DNA of 64,000 bases from Emiliania huxleyi CCMP1516 (GCF_000372725.1 NW_005201412.1:1-64000); one strand, 5' to 3'; numbered from the stretch's first letter, positions 47,130 to 59,019 are shown. Notes: generated by a model from the letters alone, not told the origin. A program made the numbers and translations.

Positions 47130-47969
47130 GCAGCGGGCGTTGATCGAGGGCGTCACACTTCTGGGTGTGAACAGGCGCGCGAGATGGCGCGCCGGCTTGC
47201 GGCGCACTCGGGGCACGCCTGGCTCGCGGGAGCGGCGGCCGCGTCGCCGTCTGCAGCGCCAACCTCCTCGGCCGGCAGTTTGGGCGGTTCGCTCACTTGG
47301 GAGGCTGCGGTGGCGCTGGACGCCGCCATAGCGATCCTGCTCTTTGGCGTCCTTTGCCTCGTCGCCCGCCGGCTGAGGCTCACAGGACTCATCCTCGCGC
47401 GCCTGCAGCGAGCCGCGAGGCCGCGGCGAGAGAAGGGGGAGGCGGTGTGAGAGAGACAGTGGGTCTGCCAGACAGCAGACCGGTGTGGAGAGCAGCTTTC
47501 AAGTTTCGCTGGCGTCTGGCGAGCGAGTGTGCGCGAGGGGCGGTGAGACACGTGAAAAGCTTATATAAAAGACTCTGAAACACGCCAGTATTCCCTGAGC
47601 CTGACCCAGTGACGTACGCGACACGCGCAAACGAAATGCACACGCGCGATGAGAAGTGCGCGGGCGCGGACCCTAGAGTACACCCTAGGCGTACTATAGC
47701 TCCTACTGCCTAAAGCCGTAGGGGCTAGGGCGGACCCGCGCGTGAAAAGAACCCGCCGCCGGTGAGGCGCTGAGGCTCAGGCTGAGGTGAAGCCCCCTGT
47801 ACGCGCGTTTGATTATGCGCACCACGCGCTCGACTCCACACGTACGCGAGTCGACTTACAAGATGAGAGATTTGTTTTCGGGCCGCCGCGCGCATGCAAA
47901 GTACCGAATAGGATTCCGAATACACGGAATACGCGTGGCAGACTGCGGGTCGGTACACGATACTAGCAA

Positions 47970-49400
47970 TCACCCCGAGGCTGCTGCCGCGGCGACCTCG
48001 CTCCCCTCGTAGCTCAGCGCCTCGGCCTCGCCTCCGACGGAGAGGCTGCTCGCGCGGCAGCTCGACCAGATGTAGGAGGCGACCTGGCGGCGTGGCGTGG
48101 ACGTGTCACGGACGTGCCGTGCTCGCGGCAAAGCTCGTCCGACGGAGGCGGCCTCGAGCAGCGACTCGGGCGGCGGCTCGCCGAGGGCGCTGCGGCGGGC
48201 GAGCAGCTCCTCCGCCGCGGCGAGGATGACGGCGCCGGTGCCTGTGACGGGCGAGGGTGCTCACCACGTGCACATGCTAGTCAAGACAACACTCACTTGA
48301 CACGAGTTGCCTGTGACGGCGAAGGTGCTCACCATGTACACGAGGAAGATGTCCAGCTTGAGGTAGCCGCTGCCGATGCCCGAGAGGAAAGCGGGCGGGA
48401 AGCGCCACACGCCCTGCTGCTGGCCGAGGCAGTCGATCAGCACCGTGGTCACGCCGGGCGCGAACCAGCCCCACGTGATGCGGTCGGCGTGGCGCAGCAC
48501 GAAAGAGGAGCCGATCGACCAGATGACCAGCCAGACGGGAGAAAAGGCGAGGGCGACGAGGCCGAGGCACTTGACGCTGTCGTCGGGCGAGAGCGCCAGC
48601 GCCCAGCCGCCTGTTCCGCAGGGCGGAGGGGTGAGCTCTGCTCGCAGCGAGAGCAAGCGCGCCCGCTGCCAGCCGCCAAAGGCAAACGCGGAGAGCAGCG
48701 CGGCGGAGACGCCTGTGGACGCGTCGCGGACGTGTCGCGGACGTGTCGCGGACGCGTCGAGGGGGAGAGCAGCGGAGGCGCCGCCGCGCAGCGCGGCCGA
48801 AGGGACGCCGCGCTCCGTCTGTGCCGGCACGAGCTCGAACGCCTTGAGCTGGTAGAGCGCCGTCTTGAGCACGTGGTGGAAGAGCCAGAGCACCTGCGGC
48901 GGAGGCAGGGCTCACGCGGCCACAGCGCGGAGGGGCGAGGGTGGCTGGCGGCGCCTCCTCGACCGGCAGCGGGATCGACTCCCTCAGCGTGCACTTTGCC
49001 GGGTTGAACTCCCAGATCCCGAGCGAGGCGCCGTAGCTGTCCCAAATGAAACTTTGCACGACGCCGACCACGACGATGAAGGCGATAAAGGCGTACGCGG
49101 CCTGCTTCTGCACCGGCGCGGCGCGCTGCAGCGGCGGCGAGAGCGAGAGCAGCGTCAGCGTCGGCAGAGCGAGGATGAAGTGCAGGTGGCCGTAGACAAA
49201 CCTGCAGCGGCAGCGAGAGCGAGAGCAGCGTGAAGGAGGGCGAGAACGAGAGCGGTGAGGAGTGGCGGCCACACGAACCAGTCGGTCGGCGCGTCAAACG
49301 GCACGGCCGCCGGAGAGAGCATGACCGCGGCGTGCGCCGGCGCAGAGCCGCGCACGGCGAGGAGAGGGCGGCTGTGGAGAAGCGGCGGGGCTACTCGCAT
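47970..49400 (-). CDS. Membrane lycopene cyclase-like protein (CrtYcd / CarR-domain type), paralog 1, about 4-5 introns
   Basis: YGHLHFILALP...FIWDSYGASLGIWEFNP...LPVEE|VLWLFHHV and second domain TVLIDCLGQQQGVWRFP...LKLDIFLVY. Confidence 0.7.
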
Positions 49401-49623
49401 ATCTGATCGACAGCAGCTGCGCGACGTGGCGCTGGGCCAAGTGATGCCGGCGCCGGGCGGTGCTGACGCAGCAGAGGTCGAGCGAGGAGAGCAGCCGAAA
49501 GGGGAGAAACAGAGAAGGCAATTTTCAAAACAGCTCCTCGTCCTCCCTTTGGTTCCTTTTCCTTTTTGCGGGGAATTCTTTTACTGCCGGGAACCCAGCT
49601 CAAGGCGTGCGGGCTCTCGGCAC

Positions 49624-50847
49624 ATGATCTTGGCCCTCGCCTGCGCATCTCGGCCGCCGCCGGCCCTCGCCTGCGCATCTCGGGCTTGCGCGCGGCCCTC
49701 CGCCCGCTGCCCGCCTCCGCGGCTGCTCACCGTCTCGTCCACCGGCTGGGAAGGGCCGGGCCTGGTCGAGGGCATCTTGAGCGGGCATCTTGAGCGGGCC
49801 GGCGTCGACCTCTCCTACTGGGACCTGCACGGATTCCTGCTGGTGCCGACCGCCTGGCTGCTCACCGCAGGCAAGCCGTCGCTCCTCGACGAGGGCAAGG
49901 ACCCGCTCACGCGGCGCGCCTCCTTCGCCTTCATCGCCTTCATCCTGGCGATCGCCGTCGCTCAGGCCTTTGTGTGGGACAGCGTCGGCGCCCAGATCGG
50001 GATCTGGGAGTTCAACCCGCAAAAGTCGACCGGTCTCGGCGCGGCGACGCTGCTTCCCGCCGAGGAGATCGCGTGGCTCTTCCACCACGTCGTCAAGGCC
50101 GCGCTCTGGCAGATCAAGATGGGCGAGTGGCGGCTCACCGCCGCGCCTTGCAGCGATCCCGCGCCGCTCGAGCCGGTCGCCCGCGCGGCGTGCAACGCCG
50201 CGCTGCTCGCGGCGTGGGCGGCGGGCGTCGCCGCCCTGGTCGGCGAGGACGATAGCCTCCGCTGCCTCGGGCTGGTCGCCTCCTTCTTCGCCCCCGTCTT
50301 TGCCCTGATCCTCATGCTCGGCTCGCGCTACCTGCTCTCGCACTGGCGCCTCTTCGTCGCGGGCTGGCTGCCGCCCGGCGCGTGGACCGTCGCGATCGAC
50401 TGCGTCGGGCAGCAGCAGCGGGTCTGGAGGTTTCCGCAGACTTTCCTCACCGGCGTCGCCACGCTCCCTCCCGACTCGAGCGGCGTCGGCCTCCTCAAGC
50501 TCGACATCGCTGCCGTGTACCTCGTCTCGACCTTCGCCGTCACAGGCACCGGCGCCATCATCCTCGCCGCGGCGCAGGAGTTTGCAGCGCAGCGGCAGCG
50601 CCAGCGGGGGGGCGAGGCGAGCGAGGCGGGGCGCGCGGGCGCGGCGGAGGGTGAGCAGGAGCCAGAGACGCTCTGGCACCTGGGCCTCTTCATCCTGCAC
50701 GGCGCCGCGCCCGCCCTCGCCGAGCGCGCCGCAGCGGTCGTGCCGCCCTCCTCCTCCGCGTGGCGGCTGGCGCCGGGACAAGCGGACGGGGCCGCAGGGG
50801 GCGGCACCGGCGCGCGCGAGGAGGCGTTGCGCGCAAATCAACGTTGA
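49624..50847 (+). CDS. Membrane lycopene cyclase-like protein (CrtYcd / CarR-domain type), paralog 2, intronless
   Basis: SYWDLHGFLLVP...FVWDSVGAQIGIWEFNP..STGL...LPAEEIAWLFHH and TVAIDCVGQQQRVWRFP...LKLDIAAVY. Transit-peptide-like N-terminus. Confidence 0.75.
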   Translation: MILALACASRPPPALACASRACARPSARCPPPRLLTVSSTGWEGPGLVEGILSGHLERAGVDLSYWDLHGFLLVPTAWLLTAGKPSLLDEGKDPLTRRASFAFIAFILAIAVAQAFVWDSVGAQIGIWEFNPQKSTGLGAATLLPAEEIAWLFHHVVKAALWQIKMGEWRLTAAPCSDPAPLEPVARAACNAALLAAWAAGVAALVGEDDSLRCLGLVASFFAPVFALILMLGSRYLLSHWRLFVAGWLPPGAWTVAIDCVGQQQRVWRFPQTFLTGVATLPPDSSGVGLLKLDIAAVYLVSTFAVTGTGAIILAAAQEFAAQRQRQRGGEASEAGRAGAAEGEQEPETLWHLGLFILHGAAPALAERAAAVVPPSSSAWRLAPGQADGAAGGGTGAREEALRANQR

Positions 50848-51090
50848 GGTCCTGTGACACTTGTTAATGTGTGTCTGGTCGCTGGTGGTAGTGAGCCTTG
50901 CGCGAAAATCAACTCTAGATCTCGCCAAATCGGCTCCAGATGAAAAAGAAGAGCCAGGGACCCCGCTCTCTTCCCACCGCTCGCTGCCGCTAACGCCACC
51001 ACGAGCTGAAAGCGCCGCCGGCACGCCGCCGTGCAGCACGCCGCCTGGTCCTCGGGAACAGGCAGCCTCCGCAGCAAGAGTCAGTGACAG

Positions 51091-52221
51091 ATGCCCGGCG
51101 GAAAGCGTGGCGCTGGCTGCGCTGGCCTAGTGGACCGCGCTCGGCGTTGGCAGGCTCGACGCGTCCTCATTCTCGCTGACGGCGACCCTGTCGACAGCAT
51201 CCCGGCCGCCGAGGAGGAGGTCGCCGCCCTCACCGAGGCGTGGCGCTCGCTTGGGCTCTTTGTGGAGCGCGTCGATTGGCAGTCGGGCCCGGCCTCGGCG
51301 CTGCTCCACCGCGCGCGAGCCGTGTTGCCGCTGCTGGCGTGGACGTACAGCGAGACGCCCGCTCACACGGCTAACTTCTGCGAGCTGCTCCGTTCGCTCG
51401 CCGACGGCGGCGCGGGGCCGCGGCTAGACCTGCGTGCGACGGCGTGGCACGCGCACAAGAAGTATCTGCTCGAGATGGCGGAGCGTGGCCTCGGAACGGT
51501 GCCCACCGCACTCCTCGCCAAAGGCGCGGCCGGGGCGGAGCTGCGCTCGGCTGTCCGGCGGCTGGACGCCGGGCGTAGCGCGGGCGAGGAGGGGCGTCGC
51601 TCTTACGTCTTCAAGCCCGCCGTTGGGAGCGGCGGCGACGGCGTCGACCTGTACACACTCGGCGAGGAGGGCGGCGAGGCAGCCGTGCTCTCGCGCGCCA
51701 GGGAGGGCGACCTGCTGCTGCAGCCGTTTCTGGGCGGCGTGAGGCGGCACGGCGAGCTCTGCTTCGTCTTCGTCAACGGCTCTCTGCTGCACGCAGTGCG
51801 CAAGGAGCCGGCGGGCTGGAGCGCGCGCGGTGCACAGCGCGTGTCTCGCGTCGACTCTCCGCCCGCAGAGGCGCTCGCGACCGCGCTGCGGGCCATGGGC
51901 GAGGCGCGCGCGGCTTGCGCGGCGAGGCCAGGCGAGCAGATCTACCTGGCGCGTGTCGACCTCCTGCCCGACACAGCGGGCGGCGGGGGAGGAGAGGCAG
52001 CTGGAGAGGCAGCTGGAGGCGCGACGGGGCAGCCTCGCTGGCTTGTGAGCGAGCTCGAGCTCGGCTGGCCCCACCTCTTCCTGCGAGCCGCAGAGGGAGG
52101 CGCGGCGGCCGCGACGAAGGCGGTCGCCGCCGGTTTGCTGCGGCACCTCGAGCGCAGGGAAGCGGACGCCGCCGGTTTGCTGCGGCACCTCGAGCGCAGG
52201 GAAGCGGACGCCGCCGGCTGA
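51091..52221 (+). CDS. ATP-grasp protein (RimK/glutathione-synthetase-like, DcsG-like)
   Basis: WHAHKKYLLEM...VPT, VFKPAVGSGG, LLQPFL.GV..HGELCFVFVNG..LHAVRKEP, ARVDLL, VSELELGWPHLFL. A 42-bp tandem duplication lies at the 3' end. Confidence 0.75.
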   Translation: MPGGKRGAGCAGLVDRARRWQARRVLILADGDPVDSIPAAEEEVAALTEAWRSLGLFVERVDWQSGPASALLHRARAVLPLLAWTYSETPAHTANFCELLRSLADGGAGPRLDLRATAWHAHKKYLLEMAERGLGTVPTALLAKGAAGAELRSAVRRLDAGRSAGEEGRRSYVFKPAVGSGGDGVDLYTLGEEGGEAAVLSRAREGDLLLQPFLGGVRRHGELCFVFVNGSLLHAVRKEPAGWSARGAQRVSRVDSPPAEALATALRAMGEARAACAARPGEQIYLARVDLLPDTAGGGGGEAAGEAAGGATGQPRWLVSELELGWPHLFLRAAEGGAAAATKAVAAGLLRHLERREADAAGLLRHLERREADAAG

Positions 52222-52381
52222 CTCTCGGGCTAGCGCCCTCGCTCTTATGACGCTACATACATACAAGTATGTGAGATGATCTCGCGAGGAGATGATCCTA
52301 CGCGCAATGCCGGTACTTTTTTTCTTTCCACCATTGATTATTCACATCTGCTTTACTTTTAGTTCAAGCCGTATTTGCCGT

Positions 52382-55300
52382 CGCCGCGGCCATACATGGA
52401 CATCTCTACGCAACATCGGAAGATCCTTGGACTGTAGATCGTAGATGCCTTTTAGAGATCTCTTAAGTGGCAAATCTCCTGCCAAGAGCAGCAGTAGATT
52501 GAAGAACTGGTGGAGGCAAATCTTCTCCGGTGTAGATGCTCGAGAGGAGTCTGAGATCTCGAGTTGGTGCGTGCAGTCGCTTGAGATCTTGCGACAGAGG
52601 TGGAGATTCTGACTTCGCGCCAAAGGCGCCTAGAGATCGTGTGGGCCGACTGGAGATTGCAAAATGGCGCGAAAAGAGGGTGGAGATCCTTTTGCATTGT
52701 GAATGAATCCATAGCGCATCTCCTTGAAGGTTTGAGCCCCCCTCCTCCCCCGGGCCCCCGAATCGAGATTGGGGATTGGAGATTGGAGATGGAGATCGGA
52801 GATCTGACTGAATCCGGCCTAAGATGACGACGTTGGAGATTGGAGATTGAAGATGGAGATCGGAGATCTGACTGGATCCCCGGCCTAAGATGTAGCGACG
52901 CTGGAGATTGGAGAGTACTGGAGAGATGGAGATCGGAGAGCTCCCCAAGTCCCTAGTGGTGTCTCATCGTTTTTTGTTTTATTTTTAGATAAAGGTTCTG
53001 TGCGCGGACGGCCCGGGGAGCCTCCGGCGCCATTTTAATCTGCGCTCCTCTTCATGGCCTGCGGCGCCTGGCTTGAGCTTGGAAGTGTAATCGAGTCCGC
53101 CAGGGCGGTCCTGCAAACCCGAGAGACCTTGGCCTCGCTTTCTACCCCCGATATGCGGCGCCGTTTCCCGTTTGGACTATTGCCAGGGCGCCGCTGCAGT
53201 GTCAAAAAGCTTCCTTGTCCTAACCTGAACACGTCCTGTAATTCGCGAGCCAAATCCCATTTTNNNNNNNNNNNNNNNNNNNNNNNNNNNNNNNNNNNNN
53301 NNNNNNNNNNNNNNNNNNNNNNNNNNNNNNNNNNNNNNNNNNNNNNNNNNNNNNNNNNNNNNNCCCTCAAATAAATAACACAATCCCGATTCCCTTCAAT
53401 CTCCAACTTAACCTAATATATCACATTAACCCCAATCATACTCCCCTTTGATATCTAAATCTCCCTCTCCCTCTCCCTCTCCCTCTCCCTCTCCCTCTCA
53501 CTCTCCCTCTCCCTCTCTCTCTCCCTATCTCTCTCTCTCTCTCTCTCTCTCCCTCTCCCTCTCCCTCTCCCTCTCCCTCTCCCTCTCCCTCTCCCTCTTA
53601 CTTCCAACCGCCAGCACACCGCCAGACGGGCCAGCCTCCTCCTCCGCGGCCAGGGGCCTGCGCAGCCGCCCACGCCGTCTGCTGCGCAAGCACAGCCGAG
53701 TGGCGTGCGGGGTGTGCACGTCTAGATCTCGCACAGCCACGCGGCGGTAGACAATCAGCACGGCCACGTTCGCCAGGGCAAACGGCGAGAGGCAGGGTGT
53801 ACTCGCTGATGATGCTAGCGACGAGGAGCCGAAGGTACCACGTTGTGAAAAGCTGCGGCCGAGAAGTGGGAGGCCGTCAGTGGTGGTGTGAGTGAGACGT
53901 GCTCCTTGCGCCGGCTCAACGCGCCTCTCTTCGTTAGCGTCAACGTCGACGCGGGAGCCTGGCTGGATGTCGGTGCAGTGCGCATGTCAGGTATGTGTTG
54001 TCAGCGCGCGGGTATGGCGTGGGTGCCGTGAGGGTGGGCATGCGCGTGCGACATCAATCACCAGCAGCGTAGCTGCGGGGGAGCGGGCAGGACGCACCAT
54101 GCGCCTCGAGGCAGCTTTGACGCTACGCTACGGGAGACTCCGACGAAGTTGCCCAAGTTGCCCAAGTTGCCCGCAATGCGGAATATGCGGAAAGTGCGGA
54201 ATATACATGCNNNNNNNNNNNNNNNNNNNNNNNNNNNNNNNNNNNNNNNNNNNNNNNNNNNNNNNNNNNNNNNNNNNNNNNNNNNNNNNNNNNNNNNNNN
54301 NNNNNNNNNNGACGCTACAGGAGAGAGTCCGACAATTGCCCAAATTGCCGTTTACTATTCCGCGTTGCGGAATATGCGGAAAGTGCGGAAAACAATGTGC
54401 GTGGGAGGGCGTTACAATCCTGCTTCTTTCTTTCTTGGGCTTTAAAATACCCCGTCAGCAGAGTCCTCCTACGTATCTGAAAGTAGCACATAACACTGAA
54501 TGAACACAACGCATTTCTCTCTCTGTCGTGCGAGGCGTGAACCGCGCCATTCGCTCTCACCTGGCAACCCTGTCTGCACGTCTCGCGCGCGCGTGAACAG
54601 GGCTCCAGGCCCCAAATTACGTGTGAGTGTTAGAGTTGTTTGGTATTGCTAAAAATCTCTCTCTCTGAATGAAAATGTCCATCTGTGGCGAGGGTATCGA
54701 CTACCTTCCTTGCCCTCTACCTCTGGGATGGGAAGGAGTGAGCCTACCAGGTGGCCTTGAAACAACGGTTTCCGCACCGCCTCACGCATCTGCTGATGCG
54801 GCCCAAGCTTGCCGCGTTAGCACTGCATCCGGCGCGGGCACCCAACGCGCTTCATTGCTGCCCGGTACGACTGTACTGATCTGGCTTGCGCACCAGTGCT
54901 GGCAGGCTCACACCATAGTGCTCCCTTGCCTGCTGGTGTAGGCAACAATACCCTTGCTGGCAAGCTTCACCTCGCGAGCTGCCTCGATGGGGTGCCGAGG
55001 CATAGAGATTAGAGTCTCGCCTACGCTGCGGCACAGACACCTGATGAGGACAGCATGATACCACATGAATCTGCCCAGTTGCAGCAAATTCTACTGAACA
55101 GTTGAGGGCTGGCGAGAGAGAGACCGTTAAGGAGCGCGAAACGCGCGAGGAAGCCGCGGGCTGCGGGCTCATATACAAGAAGAAAAAGTCGAAAACGAGA
55201 CTCCTTGTTATCCATAAAAAGAGCCACATACATGATATGTCAACCGGCGCACATGCGACGAGAGCGGGCGCCGTTTTTCATTGCCTATTCTAACGAGACA

Positions 55301-56499
55301 CAGAGCAGCGGCACGGGCGTTGCCGATCGAACACGGATTGCTGAGGGCCATGCACAATTCGTGCGGTTATGGGCTGCCACCGCAAAACATGCAAACGACA
55401 GGCCACGCCACGTGCGCCACCATATCCAGCTGCGCAGCGGCAACGACTGCCGAGGCGCAGGCCGAGCCGCAGCCTACCCGATGCCCCGCCGACATGCGGC
55501 ATTGGCCAAAATGCTGGGCATCTCAGGTTAAGGAAGGCAACTTGAAATAGCAAGGAGNNNNNNNNNNNNNNNNNNNNNNNNNNNNNNNNNNNNNNNNNNN
55601 NNNNNNNNNNNNNNNNNNNNNNNNNNNNNNNNNNNNNNNNNNNNNNNNNNNNNNNNNCGGGCTGCCAGCTAGGCAAAAAGTTTCGCCGTAGACCGCGCGC
55701 GCAGCGCGCTCCGTGTTTGCAGACCGCCCTGGCGGACTCGTTTACACTTCCAAGCTCAAGCCAGGCGCCGCAGGCCATGAAGAGGAGCGCAGATTAAAAT
55801 GGCGCCGCAGGCTCCCCGGGCCGTCCGCGCACAGACCACAGGAAAAAACAAAAATCTATAAAACATCTATCAACACCACTAGGGGGTGGGTGGGCTCCGA
55901 TCTCCCCATCTCCAATACTCTCTAATCCACAGCGTCGTCATCTTAGGCCGGGGATCCAGTCAGATCTCCGATCTCCATCTTCAATCTCCAATCTCCAACG
56001 TCGTCATCTTAGGCCGGATTCAGTCAGATCTCCGATCTCCATCTCCAATCTCCAATCTCCAATCTCGATTCGGGGACCCGGGGGAGGAGGGGGGCTCAAA
56101 CCTTCAAGGAGATGCGCTATGGATTCATTCACACTGACCATCTCTCATCTCCAATCTCCAATCTTCTACTTGGCCACTGTCGCCGCCGGCAGCAATCTAC
56201 GACCTCCATTTTCAATCTTCGATCTCACATCTGGGGCGGATGGCTGGGCGCTAGGATCTACAATCTGCATTCTCCATCTCCTACCTCCACATTTTGGCCC
56301 GTGTTGCTGCTGAGCGATCTGCAATCCACAATCTCAATCTTCGATCTTTAGTCTTGAATGGGGAACCGGACTGGAGGGATCTACTGGCGAGACTTGGGCG
56401 TGTCCGTGTGAGAGATCCGCTAGGATCTCCAGTCTTAATCTACTATCTCTACCCCAACGATCTACTGGTCTTGCGTAGAGATGTCCATTACTCGCCGCG
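52382..56499. mobile_element. Foldback-like structure with long modular inverted repeats (about 52382-53117 and 55714-56499)
   Basis: 52700-53117 is the near-exact reverse complement of 55714-56133. The outer cgccgcggc...atggacatctctacgcaa also matches. Arms are rich in GGAGAT; the interior has three N gaps. Confidence 0.6.
53460..53596. repeat. (CTCTCC)n / (CT)n microsatellite
   Basis: Visible directly in the sequence. Confidence 0.95.
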
Positions 56500-56734
56500 G
56501 CGCAGAGCGCGTTTTTTTCACACGAGACTCTCCCCACTCGAGTGTCGAGCGAGAACCACCGGCACCGCGGACGCGCCGAGGGACGCGCGATTTACATTTA
56601 GAGTAATACTCAGGTGCGCAGCACGTCAGAGAGCAGCGTGTGCGACCTGCGAGTACAGGAGTAGAGAGAGAAAAACGTATATAGCGCGGTGCGTCTCTGA
56701 CACACTGAAACACTCACATACCACGCCGCCCGAG

Positions 56735-58175
56735 TTACGGCCCGAGAGAGGAGTTGAGGGGCGGCGAATCGAGCGCCGCGTGTTGCGGCGTCGGCAGCGG
56801 CACGGCCGACGCGGCGGTGACGGGGGCGGGCTGCGGCAAAGTCGAAGCCGTCCGCGGCGGCGGGGGAGGAGGCGGCGGCGACGCGATCCGGCGCAGCTCG
56901 AATCGCGTGCGCGGCGAGGCGCGTCTGCAGGCCGCCTCGGACCCTCCCGCCGAGTCCTCGTCGCCGTGCGCGCGGACCGAGATGCCATCGCTCAGGCCGC
57001 GAAAGTTGAGGAGAGCGCCGCCGCTGCCGCGGTTGCGCAACCGGCGCGGGCCGGTGCGCCACAGCTCCGACGGCAGCACGAGCAGCGCCGGCCCGCTCCT
57101 CGCCGCGGGCTCGCCTCGCGCTCGCACCACCCACGCCTCCGGGTCGGACGCGGGGGCCACCTGGAGCAGCTTGCCTATCACAAGGGGCACGAGGCGGGTG
57201 AGGGACCGGGTGAGGGACCGCCTCTCGACGAGGAGCCGCCTGGGGCGGCGTGCCGTTGGACACGCTGCGGAGCGCGAACCAGCCGCCCCCGCCGAGAGCC
57301 GTCCCGCCGAGAGCCGTCCCGTTGGTCCCGCTCTCGCCCCCTCCTCCCCCCGCAGCAGGCGGCGCCGCGCGTGAGCCGTTCTCGGCGCGCGGCGGCGTCC
57401 CATCCGGCGGCAGCGCGGGGAGCAGTTCAAAGCGCGCGTCGGGTCCGGCGGCGTCCCACGCGGCCGCACAGACCCAGTCCGTCTCGCACAGGGTCAGGTA
57501 GCGCCCTCCGCCGCCTCCCGCCTCCAGTGGCGGCCTGCTCCCCACGTACTCGACAGCGACCTGCACGCCCACACCAGCCACGAGCTCCCCCCGCCCCTCC
57601 TCCTCCTCCTCCTCCTCCTCCGCCTCCGCCTCCGCCTCCGCCTCCTCCTCCGCAGCAGCAGCTTCGCCGCCCTCCGGCCCGCCACCCACGCCACCATCCT
57701 CGACCCACGCACCTCCGCCGTCACCCGCCCATAAGTCCGCCCCGCCACCCTCCCCACCGCCGTCCACGCCGCCGCCCGCCCACGCACCACCGCCCGTCGC
57801 AAAGCTGTCTCCGCCCCAGCTGCCGCCGCCCTGTGCCTCGAGCCACGCACGCCCCGCCGCCGCCTCCGCCTCGTCCGCGACCGGAAAGGGCCAGCCGCCC
57901 TCGGGCGGTGGCCGGGCGGTGCGGGTGGCGCTCGACGCGGGCAGCAGCCACGGCTCCTGCACGAAGGCGCGCGCGAGCTGCTGCAGCACGAAACGCTCGG
58001 CGACGAGCTCGCGCGGCCGCGAGTCGCCCAGAGTCGGGCCGTGCGCCATCTCGGCTCCGAAGTGGAGGCTTCCAAAGGAGGCTGCGTTGAAGGTGGAGAA
58101 GGTGACGGCGAGGGCGAGGAGGGCGAGGAGGGCGGCGAGGCGCTCCGCCGTGGAGGTGCCTCGCTGCGCGGACAT
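56735..58175 (-). CDS. Hypothetical signal-anchored protein with a fascin/beta-trefoil-like C-terminal part (intron about 57179-57252)
   Basis: N-terminal hydrophobic LAALLALLALAVTFSTF. GRYLTL...ARFELL, GWFALRSVSNG|KLLQV and RTRFELR resemble beta-trefoil repeats. Confidence 0.5.
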
Positions 58176-58643
58176 TGCCGTGGAAGGAAGGTCGGAACGA
58201 CTTAGTGGTTGGGAGGGACTGCGGCAGCTCGGTCGCACATAACCACAGCGCGCGCAGTTCACAGCCTTGCTATTGAGAAGAAAATACCTCCCCCGGTATT
58301 TATACCGGTAGGGAGGCGTGTGCCGAATACAAAGTGGAGTCCCGCCCCGCAATAAGCGCAGATGTCCTCTTCAGCCTGCTGAGAGCTTCCTGGCCCGCGC
58401 GCGCGCTCCGCCTGGCGCGCGGAGCGACTCGGTGGACGTCCGAGCCCGCCGCCCCTCGCCACTGCACCCTGCTGGCCCATGCAGCGCGACACCGCCGGCG
58501 CTGCGCCTGCTTCCTTGCGCGCCGCTGGACGTCGGCCAAAAAGACCGCTGCCCTCTGGGGACCCGACTCCGCGAAGATCGCGCGCGCGTCGTGAATGCGG
58601 CGCGCGCGCGATCTCCGTTCCCGGGCACGCCGGTCGCAGTGAC

Positions 58644-59019
58644 ATGGGATCCCAGGCTCAAAACAGCACGCTCAACAGCGAGAGCGCCGCCGCTGCTCCT
58701 CCTCCCGCCGCCGGTCCGCTCACCGAGACAAACTCGGTGCCGCCGTTCTCGCCGCCGCCGCCGCCGCCGCCGCCTCGACCCTCGCCTCCGTCACCGCCGC
58801 CCTCCATCTCGCGGCGGCGTCCCTCTGATGGCGCGGGCGCCTCGCTGTCGCTCGCCGGCGCGCCTCGCCGCTGCCCCCCTCTCGCCGCCGCTCCCTCGTG
58901 GCCGCCGCCTCCCCTGTCAATCCCGCCGTCCGCACCACCGCTGCCACCGCCTCGCGCCTCGCCGCCGCCGCCACCGCCCTCCCCCTCGCCGCTGAGCGGT
59001 GCTTGGGCCTTGGCGAGCC
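58644..59019 (+). CDS. Partial Pro-rich (SPn) ORF running into an assembly gap
   Basis: MGSQAQNSTLNSES...PPFSPPPPPPPP..., truncated by Ns. Confidence 0.3.

Noticed and set aside
47184..47450. Small ORF with a hydrophobic helix
   Set aside because: Could be a small membrane protein or UTR, but nothing in the sequence supports it independently.
54147..54390. Repeat of tgcggaatatgcggaaagtgcggaa on both sides of a gap
   Set aside because: Probably an unresolved tandem repeat at a scaffold gap.
55040..55090. CTGATGAG as a hammerhead ribozyme core
   Set aside because: No correctly placed GAAA or closing stems were seen.
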